Shown here: in pieces, positions 52,005 to 63,522 of the stretch
How the letters are laid out: each line of letters opens with the position of its first letter
Numbering within the stretch: position 1 is the stretch's first letter
Assembly: GCF_021869535.1 (NCBI RefSeq)
Contig: NW_026262615.1
Span: 682,001 to 746,000 of the forward strand
Direction: 5' to 3'
Origin: Mytilus californianus
Lineage: Eukaryota
Length of the DNA: 64,000 nt
Notes under the pieces: model-generated
The model's database searches: none
What the model was told of the DNA's origin: nothing
What the model saw: the letters and a program-made list of their open reading frames with translations, nothing else
Program-made: the position numbers and the translations under genes

Positions 52005-54744
52005 AGATCAAAAGAGTTTTTAAGCCAAACAAGTACAAAGTTGAAGAGCATGGAGGACCCAAAATCCCAAAACAATGTGCCAAATACGGCTAAGGTAATC
52101 TATTCCTGGGATAAGAAAATCCTAAGTTTTCCAAAAAATTCAATGTTTTGTAAAACTTGAAAAAAATTCAAACGTTAGACTACAATATATGTCAACAAAC
52201 TGAACGAATGGGAAGCAACTGTCATATTTCTTACTTCGATTTTGCATTTCCTAAAGTAAATGGTGGGTTAAACCTGGTTTAAAAGCCAGCAAAACCTCTA
52301 ATTTGTACGGCAGTTGTTTATAAATCCGTTATATTGGCAAAATCAAGTGACCAAACCAAACAAACTTGATTGGTTATTGTGAAAATATTTGGGATCCAGC
52401 AGCCACAACTGTGTAAAACATACATCAAAGACATACGACACAACTGATTATAAAATTCAAACAAGCAAACAAGAAAATCTGACAAAGACGCCGGCAGAAA
52501 AAACTATATTAAGGCAGTCGTAATAGTCAAACTGCAATATAAGCTTTCTGTGTGCAGTATTTTAGACAATAGTGGACAAAATATCAATTAGGTGTGAAAA
52601 TAAATACACTGTCTTAATCTCTTGTCAGGGTATTATCTTTTGCATTACTCTGTGCAATTACTGGAAATGTTTATGATTGTTTCCTCTCAAGACCTAAATT
52701 GATGTTACATTAGTGATAGGAATTACTGTACCATGAAATCTGATTAATGCAAATAAACCATCATAATGTGTCATTTACATTATGCAAGTTCCAATACACA
52801 GGTGGACTGACTATCAATAATAGCAATTCGATCGGAGAATACCATATCGTCACAGCAGATAAAACGCATTATAGAATCAAACGATCTAGAAGAACAGGGA
52901 ACTTGACTTGAAGATATTTTTAACATGACAGAAAAGGTTTTTGAAAGTCGTGTTATGAGGTTATCAGAACATTATATTTAACGTACCTGCCCAAGCTTTC
53001 TCGTATAAATAAACAGAGATGTAAGAACATGTCAATGAGCCAGAAAAATGCTTCAAAATGGATGTATGATATGTTTACTATCCAAATTCGGTCTCCATTT
53101 GCCTTATAAAACAATTGATTTTACCAAATTTAGGCTACTTAAACTTAAAGATCAATTATCTTCAAATTTCTTTTTTACATTAAATCGTGACTTTTGGAAA
53201 CACTCTTCAAAGCAACGGTCCTCCTTTTGATATAGATATAGTCAAAAAATATAACAGCGAACATATATGCATGTTTAACCTCATGTTTACAGCACAATTC
53301 ATTTTCCAACAACTTTACCACAAATTACGTGTTGTTTAACCTTTAAATGTGCGTTTTAAAACATGGTTTTAGATCTATTTAATAGACATTGGGTTCGCGT
53401 GACGTCTCATACTTCTTCTTTTTTCTTCTTGGTACACTTCCGAATGTAGATAAATCTGTCTACATAAAATATAGACTTGTTAATTAAAAGCTATATACAT
53501 ATTCCTACACGATTAATACATAGATATCAATATCCGAAATTGGTCAAATATGAGACAAATGCCAACAATATTGATCTAAACTATGTTTTTTTAAATATTG
53601 GCAGAAGCTCTATGAATTATGTGAAGGGTAGCTATCATTAGAGAAAATACACATAAGTATACTAGTCGTTGATTACGATCCCCGTTCGTGAAATGCAGAA
53701 AAAAAATTAGTATATCCCTGCGAATGAATTGTATTCTACAAAAATATAATGTTGAACTATTGAACTTGTGGATAAATATTAATTACGTATTTATCAATAT
53801 CATTGATGATTAGCCACTTTTCTGTTCTGTTTTCATTGAAAATGTATCTATATAAATGCATAACTAAAAGCATATATGATTCGTTTTAAATCTAATAGGC
53901 TAATTTAATTGCATAGAAAACAGAAGGGTATATTAAAAGACACAGTAGAGACAACAAACCTTTCTCTTGATCTAAATTTTACAAGAGCATAAAGCTGTAG
54001 TAAATCTTTTCGTATTCATTAGTGAAACATAAAAAAAGATTCAGCATGAAATATTTATTTCAAATATTATTGTAAAAATGTTACACGGAAAAAGATATAG
54101 TTAACTATAGATAACACAACTGGATTGTATGATGCTCTAGTATCGTAACTTTAACCTGGAAGTCATTTATTTACAATTAAGCAGTAGTAGAAACAATACC
54201 TGTTCGTAATATAAACATAGGAACAGTGGTATGATTACCAATAAGACAACTTTTCAACAGAAAACCAAAGGACTGATTTTAACTAAAACAATAAATAAAA
54301 ACACAACAGATGACTACATGCGATAACCATTGAAGGTAACGATCTTGTTTTTGTACAAACATAATGGTTGTGTCAAGTTTTAGAATGATAGTAAGCATTC
54401 GACACTCTCAAAACCTTAGGACTGTGCTGCAACAGAAAAACACAACAACACATTGCACTTCATATGAACAAAATTGAACACTAAAGTCAAAGTGTGTCTT
54501 TTGTTCCTTTTGTTTATTTGTGTAGGCCTTATTTATACACCAAAAAAAATTAACATACTATCCTTTAATGTTTCCATAAAACTATCTGAACTGCTATTTT
54601 GTGCAACTAATTATAAAATATCTTATTGTGTTGCTAAACTATATTGGTACCTTAAATGTATTACAACATGTACAACGATGGATTGTGGGCAATGACATTT
54701 TATGAATGAACCACTTGCCTGATGAATGAAGTAATTGTCTCCTT

Positions 54745-54960
54745 ACTTATTATGAAGAAAGGAAAAAAGCTAGCAGTATCCTTAAACTTAACTTTCCGTT
54801 ATATTGTTGATGTTCTCTTACTAAATAATTCAAAATTTGGTGACTATGTTGAACTCATCTATTCCATCGAACTTGAGATAAGGGATACAACAGATACAGT
54901 TAAGTCTGCCTCATATCTTGACTTAAATCTAGAAATTTACAATGAGGGTCGAAAACAAAA
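54745..54960 (+). mobile_element. Penelope-like RT fragment
   Basis: KKLAVSLNLTFRYIVDVLLLNNSKFGDYVELIYSIELEIRDTTDTVKSASYLDLNLEI closely matches the RT at 10020-10200. Confidence 0.85.
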
Positions 54961-56035
54961 TATTATGAAGATGACTCAACTAATTTCATTTGACTACAAG
55001 CAACGTTTGCCATCAATCTGTTTTAAACACATATATTAAATGGAATATGAATGAACGACGGAATATTACCTAATGTTTTAAAACTAATTTTTGAAATGTT
55101 TGCGATGTTTGTAATATTCCGAAAATTGCGAAACTACGATGAAATAAGATGGAACTTTCTTTTTTTGTTGTTGTAAAATACCTTATCAGATGACGTTTAA
55201 ATAGTTGAATGAGGAAAACACTTGCAACGATTATGTATTTCATTTTGACTTTTTCTTTATACCTATCTTAACTTATCACCGTGATAATTAATTTTGAAAT
55301 GATGAAAATAACGAGGGCCTGTTTACAGGGCAGAATGTACTTTTGGTGATAAGACACGTGTTTATGCAACACATCTTAGTAGGTATAGTCAAGAGAAATA
55401 AAATTTACAAAAACATAAATTGAGTGATCAACATAATCATCAAAACAATCCACGAAAAGAAATTGCTAAGAGGGTTGCAACGTTTAAAATTTACTCATTG
55501 TTTAGTTTAAACATATTTTATTGTTCAAAATTGACAAATGGATTAGACACAAGTTTTTCAACTTAGTAACGTCTTCTCCAATATATACATAAATGCACAT
55601 GAATGAACATTACATAAATCTGACTTTAATCAATTATTATTTTAGCATGAAGATATAAAAATAAGTTACATACAAATTTTAAGAATCGAATCAATGGATA
55701 TTTACCACTTAATATAACCAATCGAATGCGCCTATTTTCAGTAGAAATAAATACAAACACACCGAGCTGTGTAAAATAAAATATGTTAGTGTACATGACA
55801 AGTCATGTGAGTAAATTTGTTTAAATGTAAATTACACACTCATAGTTTATAGTTACGGATTAACAGGAAAACGGAATAAATCTACACGTAATTGTAAGTA
55901 TCAATTTTGTTTTTTACTTAAATCCATGGAAACGTTTCAGAATACAAAAGTCAATCATAAAGATCATTCGATTATCGTACCCCTAAGAGCATACATTGAT
56001 CATGTTCTAGTAAGATCTGTTACAGAATAAGGTTG

Positions 56036-59000
56036 TCAAAGTTGAGAAAAACGCTTGGTACTTTTTATATACTTTTGTACAGATAGAAAAACACTATAAT
56101 TTTCTTCAGAACTCAAAGACTCATCACCAAAGAGCAATAACTCAATTGTAATATTGACAGCAAAAACATTGATTTCATTTATCATTAAAAGCCTTTGTGA
56201 TGAAAAATTGTTACAATATAATAAATAATGTTTAGCATCTTCATTGATGAAGCCACATAAACATTTGGCATCTTGTACTAAGTTTGCATTAAACAAATCT
56301 GATTGAAGAGTGCTACAATGGTTTCGCAACCTTGCATGTAATACAGATAGTAAGCGGTCTCCAGAGTAAAAATGTCTCGGAGATTTTTTATTCTTATAGT
56401 ATAACATATGCAATTTGCTTTTAAATAATGAAAATGTAGGAATCTGTCTAATAATAATATCTAAAGTGTTCCACAATGTTATGGATGCTGGGAAATAAGA
56501 ATGTTGATAAACCGACAAACGATTCACTGGAATAGTGATATTGTGTCTGTTTCGTAAATTGTAATTACTAATATCAGATACAAATTCTGGAACCAAGTCA
56601 TGTAGATAATCTGGAACCTGATTGTTAATAATTTTATAAAACATGGCCAACTTTTTTACCTCCCGCCTTACGCTTAATTTTTCCCATCCCGTCTCCCTGT
56701 AAATAGCGTTTCGGCTAGCATAACTTGATAATCCAGTAACAATGCGAGCAGCCTCGATTTGAATATTTTCTATTCGATCAGAATTTATGTTCCCACAATT
56801 ATCCCAAACTTCTGATGAATACTCAAGTATCGGACGAAAAAAAATCATATAAATTTTTTCCAAATATTCCCTTTTTAATCGATATTTTAGTTTGCGTAAA
56901 ACATTAAGCTGCTTCGAAGTTTTCTCAATCAGTTTATCAACATGCTTATTCCATTTACAATCATTACTAAATATGACACCTAGATGTTTGTGCGCACTAA
57001 CTGGTTTCAATGTAGCACCACCAAAATCAAAAGTAATATCACTGTATATATTTTTCAAACTGAATATCATAATATCAGTTTTATTAGGATTAAACTTCAC
57101 TAGCCATTTTTCTGACCACTTACTTAAATAATCAAGATCTCTACTGATCGAACTTTTTAAAGTGGATTCATCAGGTGCAGTATGACCTATTGAAGTATCA
57201 TCTGCAAAAAGCCTTCCGAATCCAGACATACCATCAGCTATATCATTAATGTATATTAAAAACAACAAGGGTCCTAATACCGACCCCTGGGGCACACCAG
57301 CGTTAAGTTTTCCAATGTTTGATAATGAATCTTTTATGACAACTCTCTGAGATCGTCTAGACAAGTAACTTTTCAACCAACATAGCAAGTCTCCTTTTAT
57401 ACCATATTTTTCAAGTTTATGTAATAAAGCCTTAATCCAAACAGTATCAAATGCTTTGCTTATATCAGCAAATGTAATGCTTGTTAAAAGCTTTTCATTT
57501 AGTGCACTCAAAATTTTGTTATACAATTCTATCAACTGATGCGAAGTTGAGTATCCTGGAATAAATCCGGATTGATACTTGTATAATAGTTTATTTTCAT
57601 GTAAATGGTTAAAAATATTTTTGAAAACAATCTTTTCTAAGACTTTAATCACACATGACAATAATGAGACTGGCCTGTAGTTAGACGGTAATGACTTGTC
57701 ACCACTTTTGAATAAGGGAATAACATGTGCAATCTTCCATTGGTCTGGAAATATTTTATCATTTAAAGATTTGTTAAAAAGTAGACATAATGGTTTGGAA
57801 ATTTCATTTCTAACAGCAAGTAACATTCTGTTGCTATCGATATCTGGTCCAACAGCTTTATTAACATCGAGCGTTGAAAGAATATCAAGTACATCTTGAT
57901 CACTAACTACAATTTGTGAAATAAAATCAAGACATCGGTCTTCAAATTCCGGCAAATCTTTACTAGCGCCATCTAAATTAGAAATTGAACAAAAATATTT
58001 ATTTAAAATGTCGGACTTTTCGGTTCCCTCATACGCAAGTTTAAAATTATGATCAGGGTCCGTCATGGGTGGTAAATCATGAGACGGTGTATCACTTTTA
58101 ATTAACATGTTAACCGTTTTCCAGTACTGTTTACAGTTTGTAACTTTTAGTTCATCTAAATTTTCATTAATACTGGTAAAAAAATGTTTTTTAGCTTGCT
58201 TTTTCAAGTTATTTACTTTGTTCCTTTGTTGTTTAAATTTCTTTTCTGCGGATGTACTATTTGAGCGAATAAAAATATTACGAAGCCTGTCGCGTTTTCT
58301 CGTTTCACGCCGCAAATTCGAATCATACCAAACTTTATCGTCACATCTTATAGTTACTTCCCTTGTAGGTATACACTCGGAGGCTATATTAAGAAATGAA
58401 TTCGTGAAATTAGTCGCAGCAACATGAACGTCACTCGTATCAGAAATTAAATATTCCCAATTTGTTTCAACTACTTTTTGTTTCATAAGGTCATAATCAC
58501 CTTTTTTATAATCCCATATCAATCTATTATAAGTTCGTCTTTTACTAAAACCACAATCAATTGTGACGTATGTTCCATCATGATCACTAATACCTCTATC
58601 AAAAGATATTGTGTCTTTATCTAAAACCGTTATCGAATCAGTGACTAAAATAGGATCAAGTAAAGACGTGCTACCTGTTCGTGTGTCAAAATGAGTAGCT
58701 TTGTCAATTATGTTAACAAGGCCATTGATGAAAAAAATATCTCTTATATTTGACGGTAGATCTGACATAAAGTTTTTATTCAGGTCACCTAAGCAAATTA
58801 TGCAATTATTTTCATCCAGGGCATTTTTCAACATTTGATCAAAATACTGCCAGAAATAAAGTGAAGATTGCCGTTCCGACCTATAATTGATGTTTATCAA
58901 TATTGATCGCAATTTGGTTTTTAACTCAAACCACATACTCTCAAGTTGGCAATTCTCCAAATCATGTCGACGAGTTATGCGAACATAACTTTTATAATAC

Positions 59001-59452
59001 ATAATAATGCCACCCCCATGAGAATTTCTATCTTTTCGAACTGGTATTTCAAAACCAGATATATATAAATCAGAATCTGTAATATTTGAGTCTAAATGGG
59101 TTTCTGTCAAGAATACGACATCGTAATCTTCAATAATATCGACAATATAATTCAGTTTATTTCTAAGGCTTCTTATATTACCATGGAAAATTGACAATGT
59201 TTTCTCAGATATTTCTGGTGTGCGCTCAGGACCCGGGTTCGGTTCGATGTCACCACATATTAGCAACAAACATAATAACAGTATGTAAAATGAAATCATA
59301 TTAGCAGAAGATCTGTATAAATTAAAAATACATATTTTGAGTCTTGAAACATTCGTAAATAAAACGGCAAGTAATTCATACACTGAGAACGATACAAATG
59401 TTTTTCTCAAACAACCCAGACTTATCTTGTGATAAAACAGTCCTATTGTCAT
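56036..59452 (-). CDS. LINE ORF2: 2A-like peptide + APE endonuclease + reverse transcriptase + Cys/His tail, 1138 aa, uninterrupted
   Basis: GDIEPNPGP (residues 67-75); APE motifs HGNIRSL, LTETHL, GGGIIMY, LGDLN, SDHDG; RT motifs KAVGPD, NYRPVSLLS, DISKAFDTV, GVPQGSVLGPLLFLIYIND, LFADDT, HLGV; CLCGFINEDAKHYLLYC. Confidence 0.95.
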   Translation of the reverse strand: MTIGLFYHKISLGCLRKTFVSFSVYELLAVLFTNVSRLKICIFNLYRSSANMISFYILLLCLLLICGDIEPNPGPERTPEISEKTLSIFHGNIRSLRNKLNYIVDIIEDYDVVFLTETHLDSNITDSDLYISGFEIPVRKDRNSHGGGIIMYYKSYVRITRRHDLENCQLESMWFELKTKLRSILININYRSERQSSLYFWQYFDQMLKNALDENNCIICLGDLNKNFMSDLPSNIRDIFFINGLVNIIDKATHFDTRTGSTSLLDPILVTDSITVLDKDTISFDRGISDHDGTYVTIDCGFSKRRTYNRLIWDYKKGDYDLMKQKVVETNWEYLISDTSDVHVAATNFTNSFLNIASECIPTREVTIRCDDKVWYDSNLRRETRKRDRLRNIFIRSNSTSAEKKFKQQRNKVNNLKKQAKKHFFTSINENLDELKVTNCKQYWKTVNMLIKSDTPSHDLPPMTDPDHNFKLAYEGTEKSDILNKYFCSISNLDGASKDLPEFEDRCLDFISQIVVSDQDVLDILSTLDVNKAVGPDIDSNRMLLAVRNEISKPLCLLFNKSLNDKIFPDQWKIAHVIPLFKSGDKSLPSNYRPVSLLSCVIKVLEKIVFKNIFNHLHENKLLYKYQSGFIPGYSTSHQLIELYNKILSALNEKLLTSITFADISKAFDTVWIKALLHKLEKYGIKGDLLCWLKSYLSRRSQRVVIKDSLSNIGKLNAGVPQGSVLGPLLFLIYINDIADGMSGFGRLFADDTSIGHTAPDESTLKSSISRDLDYLSKWSEKWLVKFNPNKTDIMIFSLKNIYSDITFDFGGATLKPVSAHKHLGVIFSNDCKWNKHVDKLIEKTSKQLNVLRKLKYRLKREYLEKIYMIFFRPILEYSSEVWDNCGNINSDRIENIQIEAARIVTGLSSYASRNAIYRETGWEKLSVRREVKKLAMFYKIINNQVPDYLHDLVPEFVSDISNYNLRNRHNITIPVNRLSVYQHSYFPASITLWNTLDIIIRQIPTFSLFKSKLHMLYYKNKKSPRHFYSGDRLLSVLHARLRNHCSTLQSDLFNANLVQDAKCLCGFINEDAKHYLLYCNNFSSQRLLMINEINVFAVNITIELLLFGDESLSSEENYSVFLSVQKYIKSTKRFSQL

Positions 59453-60289
59453 TCTTTATGCTACGATGTCATTACCCATTGTCAAATACAAGACAATACA
59501 TATAAATGACAATCAGAAAATTGGACTGCTTTGTAAAACATGATGCAAGATATAAACACATATAATTCGAATGATCATTCATGAAATTCAGGCAAATAAA
59601 AAATAAGGGAAAACAAAAATCTATGTACAAAAGGCAAAATTGGAACATCATAAGAATGTTCGATGCAGTTGTAGTGAAATCAGAGAGATTAATTTAGTTA
59701 AGATGAATTTAGTTTCGATGTCATTTTAGGGGGGAAACAAATAAATCAAATAAATCAGAAAACAAAATGTGAAGTTTTTTTAAAAACGGAAGCTCTTTTG
59801 TGAAATGTTATAAATAGGTAAATAGAGTAATCTATCTTTTCATTTAATCAATACAGGTAAGCTATAAAAATGTTTGAAGAACGATCATTGATAAAGTTAC
59901 AGGAACGACACAAGTTCACGTGTATGTAAGTGATTTTAAATCACTCAGGTGTAAAGAGTTGAGTTATAATTTCATGTCACATGTTTTAAATAGCAAATAA
60001 ATGAAATATAAATAAACAAACACAGGCACGTGCTGCTTAACACGTGTATCGAAAAAAGAAATATTCAGTACAGCAATACATAGAAAACAAGTATATATAT
60101 ACAAGTGTATATAATTAAATTGATAAAACAATTTAAGAATTGTGTTATTTAAACAAATGCAAGTCAAAAGACATAAGACTATGATGTAAACGGAATGTCT
60201 AATCCTCTTTCTGGTCATCACCTTCAAGGACTTCCCCACCAAGCTTATATATGTCCTGCCTTGAAATTACCACTTTCGGACGAGAATTC

Positions 60290-60630
60290 TCAGATAGATT
60301 GTTTAATCAATATTGACCCGTCATGTGTCCAAAACGAATTTATTTGACCTTTCTCACGCAATGTGTTTAGTCTGTGCAAAAGATTGTATCTGTGTTTTGT
60401 AAGGTTTTCAGCAATGAAAGTTTTATTTATGTTTCCTTTCAATTTGCGTTTATTGCTGAAAACTAACTGCCTTTGACGATACGACAGGAACCGTACAATG
60501 ATGGAAGTTTTCCCGTCTTTAATCTCACCTATGGGATGGGATCTGCCAATATCTCTCGTGTCTAACTTCATTGTTACTTGCATATCTAAGCCATTTATAG
60601 GTAAATGTATGACTAAATCAGAACCAGAAG
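60290..60630 (-). CDS. C-terminal fragment of LINE ORF1 (L1-type RRM/CTD-like)
   Basis: DIGRSHPIG...IIVRFLSYRQRQLVFSNKRKLKG...FIAENLTKHR...WTHDGSILIK pattern. The N-terminus is missing, and the ORF-track start at 60682 appears to be flanking DNA. Confidence 0.8.
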
Positions 60631-62289
60631 CGAAACACTTTTGATTCCTAAATCGTTTCCCCTTTTGATTGACACACGTCACGTGGTTTATGTGTGTATC
60701 TATTTCATTTAATTTTCTTCTTTTATAAACATATTTTTATTTTATCATGACGACGACCACAGATAACAATCACCTGGATACCCAACTTTTAGGAACGTAT
60801 AAATATAACGATATAATTTAGAATATCAGTTTACACCTACACACGCAAAAAAAAAACAAAAGAAGGCTTAATCGTATAAGGTAATAATTACAAACTTAAT
60901 TTAGGAAAATAACATGAAAGACTATGCTTGTGTTTCAATTCTAACAATATTCATATATGCACGACTTATTTCAAGTCGATCCAATAGTTGGATAACCTGA
61001 CATATATTGTTCCTCATTGCTTTAGTTCTGGCTGTATATTCCAAATTTCAAAATAATCGTTTATTTAAATGATCTGCAAACGTACACAATTCATAAAGTG
61101 TTATTTTCATATATGTTGTATTAATGCATCTCGATGACGATTAATTCGGTATCAGATAATCGAACTAGGAACCTAACATGTTGACAATCTCCCTCAAGAG
61201 TTTTTTTTTTTTTTTTTTTTTAAGAAAAAAATATTATAAACAGTGAGTGACACATTTTATAATACCCAGACAAAACTTCATGTATCTTATCACGAGTAAG
61301 TAAAATTCATATAATGTGTTCCTGTTTCAGTAAATGTGTCAGATAATACACGATAATTGTTATATATCCCGATGAATACAGTATAAATATAATACAATGT
61401 TCCTGTTGCTTAAACCCATTCAATAAAGTTTATCAATATATTCCATCAATCTAATATTCAAAATTAGCTAATGGCATACACTTCATATCCCTTGATATTA
61501 TGATATGTCAAAGATAAATGTGACAAAATATTAACTTCTTTGAATAATACATACGTTTTTTTGTTTTGTTTTCATGGATACTATATGCATATAGAAATAA
61601 TTACAATATTAAGAAAATCAGAAAAAAAACCTCATTTCGATTAGAAAGTTGTATTAAGCTCAAAGGAAAATACAATTCTACGTTTGATGTGTTTGACCTT
61701 TTGATTATGTCATTTGATAAGGGACTTTCCATTTTGACTATTTTTGTTATTTGACTTTTTCACAATTTCAAAGACATGTTTTGTTCGTAATTGAATCTAT
61801 ATTATCCAACTAAAATTGAATTGGAAAACCCATCATCTTATCAGCTAAAAAAGATGTACAGTTTCTATTAAGTTCATGAATTCTTTATCGAATTCTAATT
61901 ACTGCATTTAAATTGAGATTTTTACATATATTTAATCGAAGGAAAACATAAACCAACAACATTAGACTAGCTTTGAAGTCAGTATAAGTGGAAGATATTC
62001 CTACTGATTAGAATACATTATGAAGTAAATAAGGTTATTTCTGTTTTGTAAGGTTTAAAGAGTATAACACATAGATATGTATTGGACATGACACCGTGCA
62101 GATTTTAATCTTGCCAACCAAAATTATAAAAATAAACATCATTAATATTGATCTCCTTATTTATTACTCAAAACGCAATTTAAATGGGATTTGAAGTATT
62201 ATAGACGAATATTTGTTAATTTGTTCAAAGCCGTTAAGTGACTGTGTATTTCCTTTTGGTAAAACAGAAATCATACAAAACCTTCTCAG

Positions 62290-62600
62290 AGACAAAAACA
62301 AAAGACATCTTGGACAGTTTTTTAATTTGATTTTAAGATATGTGGATAATGTCACCAAAAATCCAGTGTTTAGTGAGTCGTTTCTACTAATATATCAAAG
62401 TAAACGTAAGCTAAAGAATGCTTTCGACACTAGAAGGTCTAACTCACATTTTCACCTTTTCCTCGATATTGACAGTGATGAAGGACTTCAAACTGAATTA
62501 ACTTTCCAATTGTCAACGTCCCAATATCAGCAGCAAAACAACCTCTGCCCTATCGTATGGAGTTTATATATTTCAATTAATACTTAATATTCATACATTA
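62290..62600 (+). mobile_element. Old Penelope-like RT fragment
   Basis: HLGQFFNLILRYVDNV and HLFLDIDSDEGLQTEL echo LAVSFNFTFRYIDDV and LHLEIDNEGRLKTKL. Confidence 0.6.
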
Positions 62601-62715
62601 ACACACTCTACGGGCTTCACTAACAGGGGTATGCTCCTTACACAAAAGTTGATAAAAGAGTTGTGATTAGAAATGATTACAATTGACAGTCTGGCCTTTT
62701 AAACTTTTTTTATTT

Positions 62716-62780
62716 GACCGTAGCTCATGAGTCTTTTGTAGACGAAACGCGCGTCTGGCTTACAAAATTTCATTCCTGGT
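62716..62780 (+). repeat. Hammerhead repeat (variant A) with a G5 core mutation
   Basis: GACCGTAG-CTCATGA-GTC-TTTTGTA-GAC-GAAA-CGCGCG-TC-TGGCTTA. Confidence 0.7.
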
Positions 62781-63032
62781 AAATATTTATAAAATTGCCT
62801 TTCAATACCATCATTGTCATGAAAATTGTTTGGACTGGTATTGTGAAAATAATTGTATAAAGTTCGAAATTGCATGTTCGTTACGTAAGGGCGTCACTGT
62901 TTGTGATCTACTGTGGTGTCTCTCGTTGATGGAAGATGTTCGTTGTTGTTCTGCAGTTTGCAGGTTGTGTCGACTATTATATTATTTGTTTGTGCGTTTC
63001 TCTGTTATAGTGTTCTTGCGTGTGTTTGTGCT

Positions 63033-63360
63033 GTAATTCTGTCACGTAGTTGTCATTTTAGCGATATTCTTTAATATTGTCATATAAACGAGAGGTTTGG
63101 CTAGCCATAAAACCAGGTTCAACCCGCCATGTTTTCTTAAAATATCCTGTACCAAGTCAGGAATATAGAAGTTGTTATCAAATAGTTCGTATCTACGTAT
63201 GTTGGCGTTTTTTTTAGTTGCACTTCAGTGTTCCTGTTGTTCCTTTGTTTTCCTCATGTAGTTGGTGTGTTTTCTTCGGTTTTGATTTGGATCCGGATTC
63301 GTTTTCTCTCAATCGATTTATGACTTTTGAACACCGGTATACTACTGTTGCCTTTATTTA
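63033..63360. repeat. Interspersed repeat family X
   Basis: Collinear with 33308-33630. Related partial copies lie at ~32290-32490, ~52170-52340 (inverted) and 63860-64000. Confidence 0.85.
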
Positions 63361-63522
63361 TATATGATGAGTTTATCATTCATAATTTTTATCATCATAC
63401 ATTGGTTTACCTATACGATATGTGTGTGTATTATTATTCATTAGTCACAAGTTTCTGGAGACTTTGATGTTTAAAAACCAGAATAGTCATCACATACACA
63501 ATTTTACCAATTGTGTTCTAAT

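Larger units (their letters stand above)
51573..52153 (-). mobile_element. Non-LTR retrozyme: head-to-tail 355-bp units with two hammerhead ribozymes
   Basis: 51573-51798 repeats at 51928-52153 (offset 355); each copy carries a complete hammerhead on the minus strand; no ORF. Confidence 0.9.
55500..60630 (-). mobile_element. Young 5'-truncated LINE of the CR1/L2 group (L2/Crack-like)
   Basis: ORF1 C-terminal fragment, 837-nt spacer, intact ORF2, about 535-nt 3' UTR ending in a stem-loop and AATAAA (55517-22). No target-site duplication found by eye. Confidence 0.9.

Noticed and set aside
52800-52980. Coding-looking stretch (…QQIKRIIESNDLEEQ…)
   Set aside because: Interrupted by stops, with no clear splice pair or family motif.
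56892-58427. Plus-strand ORFs at 56892, 57696 and 58107
   Set aside because: Antisense shadows of the intact LINE ORF2, with no independent motifs.
55480-60700. Target-site duplication around the young LINE
   Set aside because: No matching direct repeat was found by eye between the 3' flank (~55490) and the 5' truncation region (~60630-60700).
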